Below, in pieces: positions 19,039-29,313 of a DNA stretch of 64,000 nt (positions are counted from its first letter, which is position 1; each line of letters starts with the position of its first letter). Origin of the DNA: an uncultured Chloroflexia bacterium (GTDB lineage Bacteria; Chloroflexota; Limnocylindria; Limnocylindrales; CSP1-4). A program made the translations under genes and the position numbers. The notes below the pieces were generated by a model that saw only the letters and a list, made by a program, of their open reading frames with translations, did no database searches and had not been told where the DNA came from. The stretch is taken from contig CAWHXD010000007.1 in assembly GCA_963833225.1 (NCBI GenBank), positions 64,001 through 128,000 on the forward strand, read 5' to 3'.

Positions 19039-20712
19039 GTGAACAGACTTTCCGCGGCGGCCACCGCGCCGTCACAACCGTCCGACATCGGCCGGCGCCG
19101 GTGGCTGGGCCTGGTGATGCTTGGCCTCGGGCTGTCGATGATCGTCGTCGACGCGACGATCGTGAACGTGGCCGTCCCGAGCATCGTTCGTGACCTCAAG
19201 CTCGACGGCTCCGCGGCGGAGTGGATCGTGTCGGTCTACCCGCTCGTGTTCGCGGCGCTGCTCATCACCTTCGGACGCTTTGGTGACCTGGTCGGGCGCC
19301 GGCGTCTCCTGCTCCTGGGCCTCGGGGTCTTCGCGCTCGGGTCTGTCCTCGCGGGCCTCGCTCCGAGCGGCTTGATGCTCATCGGTGCGCGCGTCCTTCA
19401 GGGGGTCGGCGGTGCCGCGATCGCGCCCGCCACCCAGTCCATCCTCAACACCACGTTCCGGGGTCGCGACCGGGCGATTGCGTTCGGCATCTACGGGTCC
19501 GTCATCGGCGGCATGGCCGCCCTCGGCCCACTCCTGGGCGGCTGGCTGACCACGAACCTGAGCTGGCGCTGGGCGTTCTACATCAACGTGCCGATCGCCC
19601 TGGTGGTGATCGCGGGCTCGCTGCTCTGGATCCGGGAGTCGCGCGACGAGGATGCACGTGCTGGCTTCGATCCGGCCGGTTTCGTCCTAATCACGCTGGG
19701 CCTCGGCGGGATCATCTTTGCCCTGATCGAGGGCTACCGGTACGGCTGGCTCGCACCGAGTCGGCCGTTCCAGGTCATGGGCCTGACCTGGCCGCTCAGC
19801 GGGATCTCGATCATCCCGCTGGCAGTGATCATCGGCCTCGTCAGCCTCGTCGCGTTCGCGGTCGTCGAGCTGCGTCGCAAGCAAGCCGGCGCGTTCTACC
19901 TGTTCGACTTCGACCTGTGGCGCGAGCCTTCGTTTCGATTCGGGAACCTGACCGCCACCATCGTCTCGCTCGGCGAATACGGACTGCTGTTCGCCCTTCC
20001 CCTCTTCCTCCAGGCGGTCATCGGCTATACGGCGTTCGAGACCGGCCTCGTCTTCCTGACCCTGGCGGCGGGCTCGTTCGTTGCCGCACCGCTGGCCGGG
20101 ATGCTGGCCGGCCGCTTCGAGCCTCGACGCACCGTCCAGATCGGCATGCTGCTCGAGACGCTCGGGATCCTTGCCGTGACCCTCCTGCTCTCGAGGACCG
20201 TGGCCGGAATCGCCCTCGCCGCGCCGTTCTTCCTCTATGGCATGGGCGTCGGGTTCAGCACCGCCCAGCTGGCCAACGTCATCCTCGCGGACATCCCACC
20301 GGAGCGCTCGGGGCTGGCATCGGCCACCAACTCAACGATGCGCCAGATTGGGACGGCCCTTGGCAGCGCGGTCCTGGGGACCGTGCTCCTGGTGGGCCTG
20401 AACACCGGCACGCATGACCGGCTGGCGGAGGTCGTGGGGCTACCGGCCGGGCAGCAGCAGGCGATGGCCACCGCGATCGAAGACAGTGCCGGCCAGGCGC
20501 TGATCGGCCTGCGGTCGGAGCCGGCCGCGGCGGCCGCCGTCGGGCCCATCGAGGATGCCTTCGTCGCGGCCGCACGCACGGTCGGGTTCGCGGCCGCTGC
20601 GTTCATGGGCGCGGGGCTCGTGTTCTCGCTCCTGCTGCCGCCGTTGCGTGCGGTCGAGCCGCGCGGGGCTGCCGAGCCCGACGAGGCTGCGACCCGCGCC
20701 GCTGCGGCCTGA
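19039..20712 (+). CDS. DHA2 (EmrB/QacA-like) MFS efflux transporter
   Basis: VDATIVNVAVP, GDLVGRRR, GPLLGGWLT, WRWAFYINVP. Confidence 0.9.
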   Translation: MNRLSAAATAPSQPSDIGRRRWLGLVMLGLGLSMIVVDATIVNVAVPSIVRDLKLDGSAAEWIVSVYPLVFAALLITFGRFGDLVGRRRLLLLGLGVFALGSVLAGLAPSGLMLIGARVLQGVGGAAIAPATQSILNTTFRGRDRAIAFGIYGSVIGGMAALGPLLGGWLTTNLSWRWAFYINVPIALVVIAGSLLWIRESRDEDARAGFDPAGFVLITLGLGGIIFALIEGYRYGWLAPSRPFQVMGLTWPLSGISIIPLAVIIGLVSLVAFAVVELRRKQAGAFYLFDFDLWREPSFRFGNLTATIVSLGEYGLLFALPLFLQAVIGYTAFETGLVFLTLAAGSFVAAPLAGMLAGRFEPRRTVQIGMLLETLGILAVTLLLSRTVAGIALAAPFFLYGMGVGFSTAQLANVILADIPPERSGLASATNSTMRQIGTALGSAVLGTVLLVGLNTGTHDRLAEVVGLPAGQQQAMATAIEDSAGQALIGLRSEPAAAAAVGPIEDAFVAAARTVGFAAAAFMGAGLVFSLLLPPLRAVEPRGAAEPDEAATRAAAA

Positions 20713-21051
20713 TGACGCCTGCCAGCGGATGACCCGACGCGGCCGTGGAGTTGCCCGGGGTCGCCCCCAGCGCCCCAGATGACGCCCCGTCATGACGCCG
20801 TCGGTTCGCGACCACAGACTCGTGTCACGTCTCGGAGTCCGCTTGGACGAGAGGGCTCGAGCCTTACCCGAGCTCCGGAGCCGGCGACGCGTGCACCGCA
20901 GCCAGCGGGCTGTCGGAGGCGAGCCATCGTCCCGCCGCTCCACCGGATCGTCCGCTAGTGTGTCGATCCTCTGGACACCCCGAGGCGATGCGGCCGAAGT
21001 GACGCTCTCGTGGCGAAGCTGGCGCGCGGCCCACCCGGATGGAGCTCTCTG

Positions 21052-21465
21052 ATGGCCCTGACCCATATCAATCCCGCTACCCTCCACCACAACCCGGCGT
21101 TCTCGCAGGGCGTCGTCATCGAACCTGGCAGCCGCCTGCTCATCGTGGGCGGCCAGAATGGCGTTGACGCCACGGGCGCCGTCGTCGGCCCCGGGCTTGG
21201 CGAGCAGACCGCCCAGGCGCTGCGAAACGTCCTCGCCGTTCTCCATGAGGTCGGGGCGACGCAGGACGACGTGGCCCGGCTCACGATCCACCTGGTCGCG
21301 GGATCCGATGTCCAGGCGGCCTACGAGGCGTCACGGGAGGTGTGGGGCCTTCGCGCCACGGCGATCACCGTGCTCATGGTGGCGAGCCTGGGCCGGCCGG
21401 AGTGCCTCGTGGAGATCGATGCCCTGGCTGCTGTGCCCGGGGCGGCCGGCCTGATCAACGACTGA
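21052..21465 (+). CDS. RidA/YjgF family protein
   Basis: FSQGV, GGQNG, QTAQALRNV, LVEIDALA. Confidence 0.85.
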   Translation: MALTHINPATLHHNPAFSQGVVIEPGSRLLIVGGQNGVDATGAVVGPGLGEQTAQALRNVLAVLHEVGATQDDVARLTIHLVAGSDVQAAYEASREVWGLRATAITVLMVASLGRPECLVEIDALAAVPGAAGLIND

Positions 21466-21619
21466 TGTCGGATCGGACCGGGTTCGCCTCGACCTGACGT
21501 TCGCGCCAGGCGCCCGGCCGTTCGGACTGTATCCTCAGCCCCCACACTCACGAGGACGGTCATCGCGTCGGCCGAATCTCCTTGTGAATTAAGGCCGCGA
21601 AGCACGGGAAGGGACAGCG

Positions 21620-24383
21620 CTGGACGACGCCGGCCTCCTGCTCGAGACCAAGCTCTACGCCCCAAGGGTGCGACGCAGCCTGGTCGCGCGCCCGCGGCTG
21701 ATCGAGCGGGTGAGCCGTGGGGCCGAGTCCAAGCTGATGCTCGTCTCGGCGCCGGCCGGCTTCGGCAAGACGACGCTGGTGGCCGAATGGCTGGCCGCGG
21801 CTCCGGCCGGCGGACCGTCCGCGGCGTGGCTGTCTCTCGACCAGGCGGACAACCAGCCTTCGTCGTTCTGGCCCTACGTCATCGCCGCGCTGCGAACCGT
21901 GGCGCCGGGGATCGGCACGACCGCGCTCTCCCTCCTGCAGGGTCCCCAGCCGCCCCCGATCGAGACGATCCTCGCGACGCTGCTCAACGATCTCGGTGCG
22001 GTGCCGAACGACATCGTGCTGGTGCTCGACGACTACCACGAGGTCGATGCGCCCGAGATCCAGGGCGGGATGGCGTACCTGCTGGAGCACCTTCCTGCGC
22101 AGATCCATCTCGTCATGACCGACCCGCGCCGACCCGGCGCTGCCGCTGGCCGCTGCGGGGCGCACGGCGAACTCACCGAGTCCGGGCGGCCGACCTGCGC
22201 TTCACCCCGGACGAGGCCGCGGCGTACCTCAACGAGACGATGGGGCTCGACCTGACGGCCCGGGATGTCGCGGCGCTGGAGGCCCGCACCGAGGGCTGGA
22301 TCGCCGCACTGCAGCTGGCCGCGCTCTCGATCCAGGGGCGCGACGACGTCGCCGGCTTCATCGCCGGCTTCGCCGGGGACGACCGCTACATCGTCGACTA
22401 CCTCGCCGAGGAGGTCCTCCAGCGTCAGCCCGAGTCGGTCCGGAGCTTCCTGCTGCAGACATCCATCCTGCGACCGGCTGAGCGGACCACTGTGCGACGC
22501 GGTCACCGGCCGGGACGGCGGCCAGGCCATGCTCGAGGCCCTCGATCGCGCGAACCTGTTCCTGGTCCCGCTCGACGATCGTCGCCGGTGGTACCGCTAC
22601 CACCATCTCTTCGCCGACGTGCTGCGCGCGCACCTGCTCGACGAGCAGCCCGGACCGCGTCCCCGAGCTCCACCGACGGGCGAGCGACTGGTACGAGCAG
22701 CAACGGCGAGCGGCCCGAGGCCATCCGCCATGCCCTCGCCGCCGCGGACTTCGCCCGAGCGGCGGACCTGATCGAGCTAGCCATCCCGGCCATGCGCCAG
22801 CAGCCGGCAGGAGTTGGTCATGCTCGCGTGGCTCGCAGGCGCTGCCGGACGAGTCATCGCCGTCAGGCCCGTGCTGAGCGTCCACTACGGCGGGGCGTTG
22901 CTGCTTCTGCGGCCAGCTCGAAGGCGTCGAAGCGCGCCTGCAGGATGCGGAACGATGGCTCGACACGACGTCGGATCGGCATGACGGCCCAGACGGAGAC
23001 GTCCGGGCGCGATGTCGTCGTCGACCAACAGGAATTCCGCGCGTCTCCCGGCGCGATCGCCGGCTACCGTGCCGCGCTGGCCCTGGTCGCGGCGATGTGT
23101 CCGGCGCGATCCGACATGCAGGCGGGCCTCGCCCTCGCGGGCCACTGACGACCACCTCGGCGTGGGTCGGCCGCCGGGCTCCTCGGCCCTCGCCTCCTGG
23201 ACGACGGGGATCTCGAGGCCGCGCACGGTTCCTAGGCCGTGTGCATGACGAGCCTCGAGAAGGCCGGGCACATCGCCGACTTCCTCGGCTGCGCCATCGC
23301 GATGGCCGACATCCGGATCACGCAAGGGCGACTCCACGATGCCATGGACACCTACAAGCGGCGTCCTGCGGCTCCTGACCGGACGCAGGTGCAGCCCGTG
23401 ATGCGCGGCGCGGCCGACATGCACGTCGGGCATCGAGCGAGCTCCTGCTACGAGCGGAACGATCTCGATGCCGCGCGGCAGCAACTGCAGACGGCGCCGA
23501 GCTGGGCGAACATCTCGGCCTCCCACAGAACCCCTACCGGTCGCGCGTCGCCGCAGCCCGAATCCGGGAGGCCGAGGGAGACTTTGGCGCAGCCCTCGGC
23601 CTGCTCGATGAGGCTGACCGCCTGTACGCGAGCGACTTCTTCCCGAATGTCCGTCCGATCGGCGCGCGGAAGGCCCGGCTGCTGATCGCGGCGGGGACGT
23701 CTCAGGCGAGGCGGCAACGTGGGCCCGCGAGTGCGGCCTGACTGCCCGAGGACGAGCTCAAGCTACCTGCGCGAGTTCGAGCACATCACGCTCGCAAGGG
23801 TGCTCCTGGCCCGAGTCGGCACGGGGTCGCGCCGACGGTGCCGTGCTCGAGGCGGCGGATCTCCTTGCGCGCCTCCTGGAGGCGTCAGAAGCCGGCGGGC
23901 GATCGGGAAGCGTCATCGAGATCCTGCTGCTGCAGGCACTCGCGCATCAGCGGCTCGGTGAAGCCCGCGCTGCTCAGGATCGACTGGAACGCGCGCTGGC
24001 GATGGCCGAGCCAGAAGGCTACGTCCGGGCGTTCGTCGATGCGGGCCCGTCCGTGGCGCCCCTGCTGGAGGCGGCCGCGAAGCGCCGGGTGGCACCGAGC
24101 TACGTTCGCGAAGCTCCTGGCAGCCTTCGGCCGGGGTGCGAACCGAGCGCCGATCAGTCAGGGCCTGATCGAGCCCCTCAGCGAGCGCGAGCTCGATGTG
24201 CTCCGGCTGCTCGCGATCGGATCTGAATGGGCCAGACATCGCTCGCGAGCTCGTGGTGTCCCTGAACACGGTGCGGACACACACGAAGAACATCTACGCA
24301 AAGCTCGGTGCCAACAACCGTCGGGCGGCCGTCACGCCGGGCCGTGGAGCTCGACCTGCTGTCGCGAGCCCGACGACCGCTGA
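21620..24383 (+). pseudogene. MalT-like LuxR family ATP-dependent regulator, heavily frameshifted
   Basis: LLETKL, SAPAGFGKTT, LDDYH, TEGW, WYRYHHLFAD, LSERELDVLRL, NTVRTHTKNIYAKLG spread over many frames; ends approximate. Confidence 0.85.
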
Positions 24384-24420
24384 GCCGGCCGGGAGGCCGC
24401 TCGCGTCCGCGTCGACGAGA

Positions 24421-24465
24421 ATCACCACATGAATCACCACACGTGGTGATGCCCGCTCACCACAT
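24421..24465. promoter_or_regulatory. TCACCAC repeat/palindrome array (probable operator)
   Basis: ATCACCACA at 24421 and 24433; perfect inverted repeat ATCACCAC-AC-GTGGTGAT 24433-24450; TCACCACA at 24457. Confidence 0.75.
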
Positions 24466-24524
24466 CCGCTTCTAGCTTCGTGATCACGCCGGCGACGGAT
24501 CGCAAGCCCGGTGGAAAGGAGCAG

Positions 24525-24773
24525 ATGAGCGGAAGAACGAGAGGCAACGTCGATCGCCACGAGCCCGGACGCTACGAGATCCGCCTGAGGGGACATCTCG
24601 AGGCCCGATGGGCCGCCTGGTTTGACGGGCTGAGCCTCACCCGCGAGCACGACGGCACGACCGTCATCCACGGCCAGATTGCCGACCAGGCCGCACTGCA
24701 TGGCCTGCTCCAGAAGGTCCGGGACACGGGCCTGCCGCTGGTATCGGTCATCTGCGTCGAGCCCGAGTCCTGA
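24525..24773 (+). CDS. Small conserved-type protein found after MalT-like regulators
   Basis: YEIRLRGHL...WFDGL...DQAALHGLL; AAGGAG RBS. Confidence 0.8.
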   Translation: MSGRTRGNVDRHEPGRYEIRLRGHLEARWAAWFDGLSLTREHDGTTVIHGQIADQAALHGLLQKVRDTGLPLVSVICVEPES

Positions 24774-24842
24774 CCCGAGCTACGAGCCGGTCACCTGAGA
24801 CAGCTGGGTTTCCAGCGTCCCTCATCAATGAAGGAGCCTGAA

Positions 24843-25565
24843 ATGACATCGCGAAACATCGCCCGCGCCACCGGAATGCTGTTCATCCTCACGTTCATTA
24901 CGTCGATCGCCGGCGTGTTCGCCTACGGAACTGCCCTCAGTGACCCCAACTACGTCACCGGCGCCGGCGCCGATGCCCGCGTGTTTCTCGGGGCGTTCCT
25001 CGAACTGCTGCTCATCATCACCAACATCGGCTGCGCCGTCGTGCTGTTCCCGCTGCTCAAGCGCCAGAACGAGGGCCTCGCGCTCGCCTATGTCGCCGCG
25101 CGCATCGTCGAGTGCACCTTCATCCTGGTCGGCCTCCTGAGCGTGCTGGCGATCGCCACCTTGCGCCAGACCGCCGCGGCCGCGGATGCCGGCTCGCTCC
25201 TCACGGTGGGCAAGGCACTCCACGCCATTCATGACTGGACATTCCTGCTCGGCCCCGGCTTTGCGGACGGCGTCGGGACCGGCATGATCCTGGGCTGGCT
25301 GATGTACAAGTCCGGCCTGGTGGGGCGGCGCATGGCGCTCGTCGGCGTCGTCGGCGGCGCGATGCTCGCAACCTCCGGCATCGCCGTGCTGCTTGGCTTC
25401 ATCCCGCAGGGCGGCGCGGTGCAGGGCGTCGCGACCATCCCGGAGGTCATCTGGGAGGCGGTCCTGGGCCTGTGGCTCACGTTCAAGGGGTTCAAGGCGG
25501 CAGCCCCGATCCTCACGTCCTATCACCGCGATCAGGCGATCGCGCCGGCCTACGCGGCAGCCTGA
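24843..25565 (+). CDS. DUF4386 family membrane protein
   Basis: AVVLFPLLKR, ARIVE, WEAVLGLWLTFKGF. Confidence 0.8.
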   Translation: MTSRNIARATGMLFILTFITSIAGVFAYGTALSDPNYVTGAGADARVFLGAFLELLLIITNIGCAVVLFPLLKRQNEGLALAYVAARIVECTFILVGLLSVLAIATLRQTAAAADAGSLLTVGKALHAIHDWTFLLGPGFADGVGTGMILGWLMYKSGLVGRRMALVGVVGGAMLATSGIAVLLGFIPQGGAVQGVATIPEVIWEAVLGLWLTFKGFKAAAPILTSYHRDQAIAPAYAAA

Positions 25566-25568
25566 CAG

Positions 25569-25601
25569 GACGGGCCCCGGAGCTGGTCTCCGGGGCCCGT
25601 C
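25569..25601 (+). terminator. 14-bp perfect GC stem-loop after the DUF4386 gene
   Basis: gacgggccccggag-ctggt-ctccggggcccgtc; no U-tract. Confidence 0.55.
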
Positions 25602-25671
25602 GTTGCCCAGCGGCGGATCGCAACTGCTGTTCCCCTGTCGCGCGCCGACGAGCGAGAAAGGAAGCGCCCCC

Positions 25672-26145
25672 ATGTCCGATGAGAAGACCGACACGATCCC
25701 GAGCGCCGCGACCGCGACTCAGAGCGGTGAACAGTCACGTCGCCTTCGACGGCACCATCTCTGGCTCATCCCCGGCATCGGGCTGGCCCTGTTCGCCAAT
25801 GCGCACGGCTCAGAGCTCGGCGTCGGGCTGGTCCCGCTCCTGGTGTTCGGCATCGCTCCCGACCTGCCCCGGTTGGGCGGCATCCGCCGGCCCGCGCTGC
25901 TGGGGCTCCACAACGCGATGCACCGGCCCGTGCTCGCGATGGCGGTGCTGCTCGGGGCGGCCGTGACCGGGATGTCGCCGTTCCTCTACGTCGGTGCGCT
26001 GGCATGGCTCGGCCATATCGTGGTCGGGTGGGGCACTGGCGATCGGATCAAGTCCGCAGTGGAACCCGGGACCGCCGGATCGCGAGGCGCCCGATCCGGC
26101 CGTCTCGAGCTCGCGCCCGGGGCAGCGGGGAGGACGTCGCGATGA
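25672..26145 (+). CDS. DUF4260-like membrane protein
   Basis: APDL, HNAMH, WLGHI pattern; RBS present. Confidence 0.55.
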   Translation: MSDEKTDTIPSAATATQSGEQSRRLRRHHLWLIPGIGLALFANAHGSELGVGLVPLLVFGIAPDLPRLGGIRRPALLGLHNAMHRPVLAMAVLLGAAVTGMSPFLYVGALAWLGHIVVGWGTGDRIKSAVEPGTAGSRGARSGRLELAPGAAGRTSR

Positions 26146-26645
26146 ATGATGCCGTCGTCTTCGTAGCCGCTGGCATCCTCATGGGCGTCACGGGCAGCGC
26201 CCTCATGGACACCTGGGGCCTCGTCCTTCGCCGGCGATTCCAGGTGCCGACGCTCGACTACGCCCTGCTCGGGCGGTGGATCGGCCACTTCTCAAGGGGT
26301 CGCTTGTTCCACGACCGGATCGCTGCCTCCGAGCCGATCCCGTGGGAGCGGCCGCTCGGGTGGGCGGCCCACTACTCGATCGGCATCGCCTTCGCCTTCC
26401 TGCTGCTCGGGATCTGGGGCCTTGACTGGGTCCGGTCTCCGACGATCTGGCCGCCGCTGGTCATCGGCATGGGGACGATCGTCGCGCCGTGGTTCGCCAT
26501 GCAGCCGGCGATGGGTGCCGGGTTCGCGGGATCACGGACACCCAGCCCGTCCGCGACCCGGCTCCGGAACCTTGGGACCCACGCCGTCTACGCACTCGGC
26601 TTGTACGTCAGCGCCCTGGTGCTGTCGTGGGTCCTCGCACGCTAG
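26142..26645 (+). CDS. DUF2938 family membrane protein
   Basis: MDTW, YALLGRW, GWAAHY, MQPAMGAG. Confidence 0.8.
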   Translation: MNDAVVFVAAGILMGVTGSALMDTWGLVLRRRFQVPTLDYALLGRWIGHFSRGRLFHDRIAASEPIPWERPLGWAAHYSIGIAFAFLLLGIWGLDWVRSPTIWPPLVIGMGTIVAPWFAMQPAMGAGFAGSRTPSPSATRLRNLGTHAVYALGLYVSALVLSWVLAR

Positions 26646-26768
26646 GCCGGCCGGGGGACGGCAGGCGTCGGCGAGGCGGTGCGCGGCGCTGACGAGAGGA
26701 AGGGCCGCCCGCCGAAGCGGACGGCCCCTGGAGCCGAAGACCGGGAGCGGCCCCGGCGTCCGTGCGGT

Positions 26769-27290
26769 TTACCAGATGGCGGCGCTGGCGAGGGGAATGG
26801 GGTGGTCGATGACGATGCTGCCGATTGGTGTGCCGTCCATCCGCATTCCCATCACCGTGTAGGTCCCGTTGCCGTTGTCCATGACCTTGGCCATGTCGCC
26901 TTCCATCCAGCCGGCCGGGCTGCCGAGCCAGGTCGAGATGCCTTCGGACAGCAGGCCGACCGTGCCCACGAAGTTCGGGTAGCTCGGGACGTCCTTGTAC
27001 AGGGCCCAGCCGGCAGGGATCTGGGCCAGGCTCGGGACGCTGACCGGGACGGTGATGTAGACCTTGCTGCCGCCGTTCGCCCCGCCCTTGGTGGGGACCA
27101 GGGCGTAGTAGGCGCCGTGGGCACCCATCACCCACATGCCGTGGTCGTTGTGCGTGGAGACCGAGGGGCAGATGAAGAACGTTTCCTTGACAGGGGCCGC
27201 GCTCCTGGCCGGCGCCGCCGCCGATGCCGCACCGGCGAAGACGGACAGCAGCAGGGATGCGGCCGCGAGGGATGAGAGAGCTCGCTTCAT
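26769..27290 (-). CDS. Secreted hypothetical protein
   Basis: Signal peptide MKRALSSLAAASLLLSVFAGAASA; GGAG RBS. Confidence 0.75.
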   Translation of the reverse strand: MKRALSSLAAASLLLSVFAGAASAAAPARSAAPVKETFFICPSVSTHNDHGMWVMGAHGAYYALVPTKGGANGGSKVYITVPVSVPSLAQIPAGWALYKDVPSYPNFVGTVGLLSEGISTWLGSPAGWMEGDMAKVMDNGNGTYTVMGMRMDGTPIGSIVIDHPIPLASAAIW

Positions 27291-27564
27291 GTAGATCTCC
27301 GTGTGCACGCATGTTGAGATCGGACGGGAGTGCGTCGCCCGGGCCGGGAACCCCGGTGCGACGCACGATGCGGCCAGCAGGGGGCCCGGTCTGTGGCGCG
27401 TGACACAGTCGCGCATCCGACGGATGCACCGGCGAACGGGGCGACGCTGAACCGCAACTTCGTCGTACCCCCACGGGTCGAGAGCGGCAGAGCGCGCTCC
27501 GTAACCATGTCCTCCTGCGGGTCCCCGGGCCCGGTGGTGAACCGCTGCGACCGAGGAGACACGG

Positions 27565-28920
27565 ATGCTTGCCACCCAACGCGACCCGGTTCGCACCGTC
27601 GCTCCAGCCGCGGCGCTGCTGGTCGCGCTCGGGCTTGCGATCGCCTTCGGGCTGGCGGACACGGCGGTGACGGTGCTGCCGCAACAGCCCCCCGTCGACG
27701 CGGGCGCCACGGCCTGGATGCTCACCTCGACTGCGCTGGTCCTGCTGATGGTGCCGGGCCTGGCGATGTTCTACGGCGGGCTGGTCCGGACCAAGAACGT
27801 CCTGGGCACGATGATGCACAGCTTCGCCGCCATGGCGATCATCGGCGTGCTCTGGGCGGCCGTCGGTTACGCGCTGGCCTTCGGACCGAACGTCTTGGGC
27901 GGCTTCGTCGGCTGGGACCCGGGTCTCCTGTTCCTCCACAGCATCGACAGCACCGTGAGCAGCAACGGTGTCCCGGACCTGGTGTTCGCCATGTTCCAGG
28001 GCAAGTTCGCGATCATCACCCCGGCGCTGATCGCCGGCGCGTTCGCCGAGCGGGTGCGGTTCCGAGGCTACGTCATCTTCATCGCGCTCTGGAGCCTGCT
28101 CGTCTACAGCCCGCTGTGCCACTGGGTGTGGTCGTCCGCCCCGGGTTCCGAGGGCTTCCTGTTCCAGCTGGGGGCGATCGACTTTGCCGGCGGGACGGTG
28201 GTGCACATCTCCGCGGGCATCAGCGGCCTGATCGCCGCGCTCTACCTGGGCTCTCGACGCGGCTATCCGCGCACGGCCATGCACCCGAACAACCTGGTCA
28301 TGGTGATGATGGGCGTGGGCCTGCTCTGGGTCGGCTGGTTCGGGTTCAACGCCGGCAGCTCCCTGTCCAGCGGTGTGAAGACGGCGCAGGCGCTCACGGT
28401 GACCCAGATCGCGGCTGCTGCCGGTGCGCTCGCGTGGATCAGCATCGAGGCCGTGCAGCATCGCAAGGCGACCGGCCTCGGCATCGCGTCGGGGATCCTC
28501 GCGGGACTCGTGGTGATCACGCCGGCGGCGGGGGTGGTCACGCCCGCGGGCGCCCTCGCGCTCGGCTTCATCGCCTCCCTCCTGTGCTACGGCGCGATCC
28601 TGGTCAAGAACCGCCTCGGCTACGACGACACGCTCGACGTGTTCGGCGTTCACGGCGTGGCGGGCATGGCCGGAGCGCTCCTCCTGACGTTCTTCGTGCG
28701 GGCGGGCGAGATGCCCGAGAGCCGCGCGGTCCTCGAGCAGCTCGGTGTCCAGGGGCTCGGCGTGGCCACGACGATCGTCTATGCGTCGGTCGTCACGATC
28801 GGGCTGCTGGTGATGGTGCAGCGGCTCTTCGGGCTCCGCCTGGGACCCACCGGCGAGATGGCGGGAATGGACCACGAGCTGCACGGCGAGCACGGCTACG
28901 GCCTGCTGAACCTCAACTGA
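27565..28920 (+). CDS. amtB: Ammonium transporter
   Basis: FYGGLVR, DFAGGTVVH, GWFGFNAGS, DDTLDVFGVHG (twin His intact). Confidence 0.97.
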   Translation: MLATQRDPVRTVAPAAALLVALGLAIAFGLADTAVTVLPQQPPVDAGATAWMLTSTALVLLMVPGLAMFYGGLVRTKNVLGTMMHSFAAMAIIGVLWAAVGYALAFGPNVLGGFVGWDPGLLFLHSIDSTVSSNGVPDLVFAMFQGKFAIITPALIAGAFAERVRFRGYVIFIALWSLLVYSPLCHWVWSSAPGSEGFLFQLGAIDFAGGTVVHISAGISGLIAALYLGSRRGYPRTAMHPNNLVMVMMGVGLLWVGWFGFNAGSSLSSGVKTAQALTVTQIAAAAGALAWISIEAVQHRKATGLGIASGILAGLVVITPAAGVVTPAGALALGFIASLLCYGAILVKNRLGYDDTLDVFGVHGVAGMAGALLLTFFVRAGEMPESRAVLEQLGVQGLGVATTIVYASVVTIGLLVMVQRLFGLRLGPTGEMAGMDHELHGEHGYGLLNLN

Positions 28921-28942
28921 CCGGCGAGCGGGAGGCACCCAG

Positions 28943-29284
28943 ATGAAGCTGATCATCGCCATCATCCAGCCCGACAAGCTGGACGAGGTCCACCAGGCCC
29001 TGATCGCCGCCGAGATCTTCCGGGTGACGGTCAGCCGGGTCACCGGCCACGGCCAGCAGGAGGACCCCGAGCTGTACCGGGGCGAGGAGGTCGCGCCCAG
29101 CCTGATCCCGAAGGTCCGGCTGGAGATCGCCGTCAACGACGCGTTCGTGGAGGCGACGATCGATGCCATCCTGGGGGCCGCGAAGCACGGCCAGGGGTCG
29201 ATCGGTGACGGCAAGATCTTCATCCTGCCCCTCGAGGAGACCATCCGGATCCGCACCGGCGAGCGGGGCGGGTCGGCCATCTAG
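28943..29284 (+). CDS. glnK: PII nitrogen regulatory protein
   Basis: MKLIIAIIQPDKL, YRG, IGDGKIF, RIRTGE; adjacent to amtB. Confidence 0.93.
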   Translation: MKLIIAIIQPDKLDEVHQALIAAEIFRVTVSRVTGHGQQEDPELYRGEEVAPSLIPKVRLEIAVNDAFVEATIDAILGAAKHGQGSIGDGKIFILPLEETIRIRTGERGGSAI

Positions 29285-29313
29285 GCGACGGCCAGGGCTC
29301 GAGGGGCCGGCGG

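Noticed and set aside
26608-29280. 890-aa minus-strand ORF, and similar long ORFs such as 49560..51800 and 56197..58713
   Set aside because: Antisense shadows of real genes caused by high-GC stop-codon scarcity
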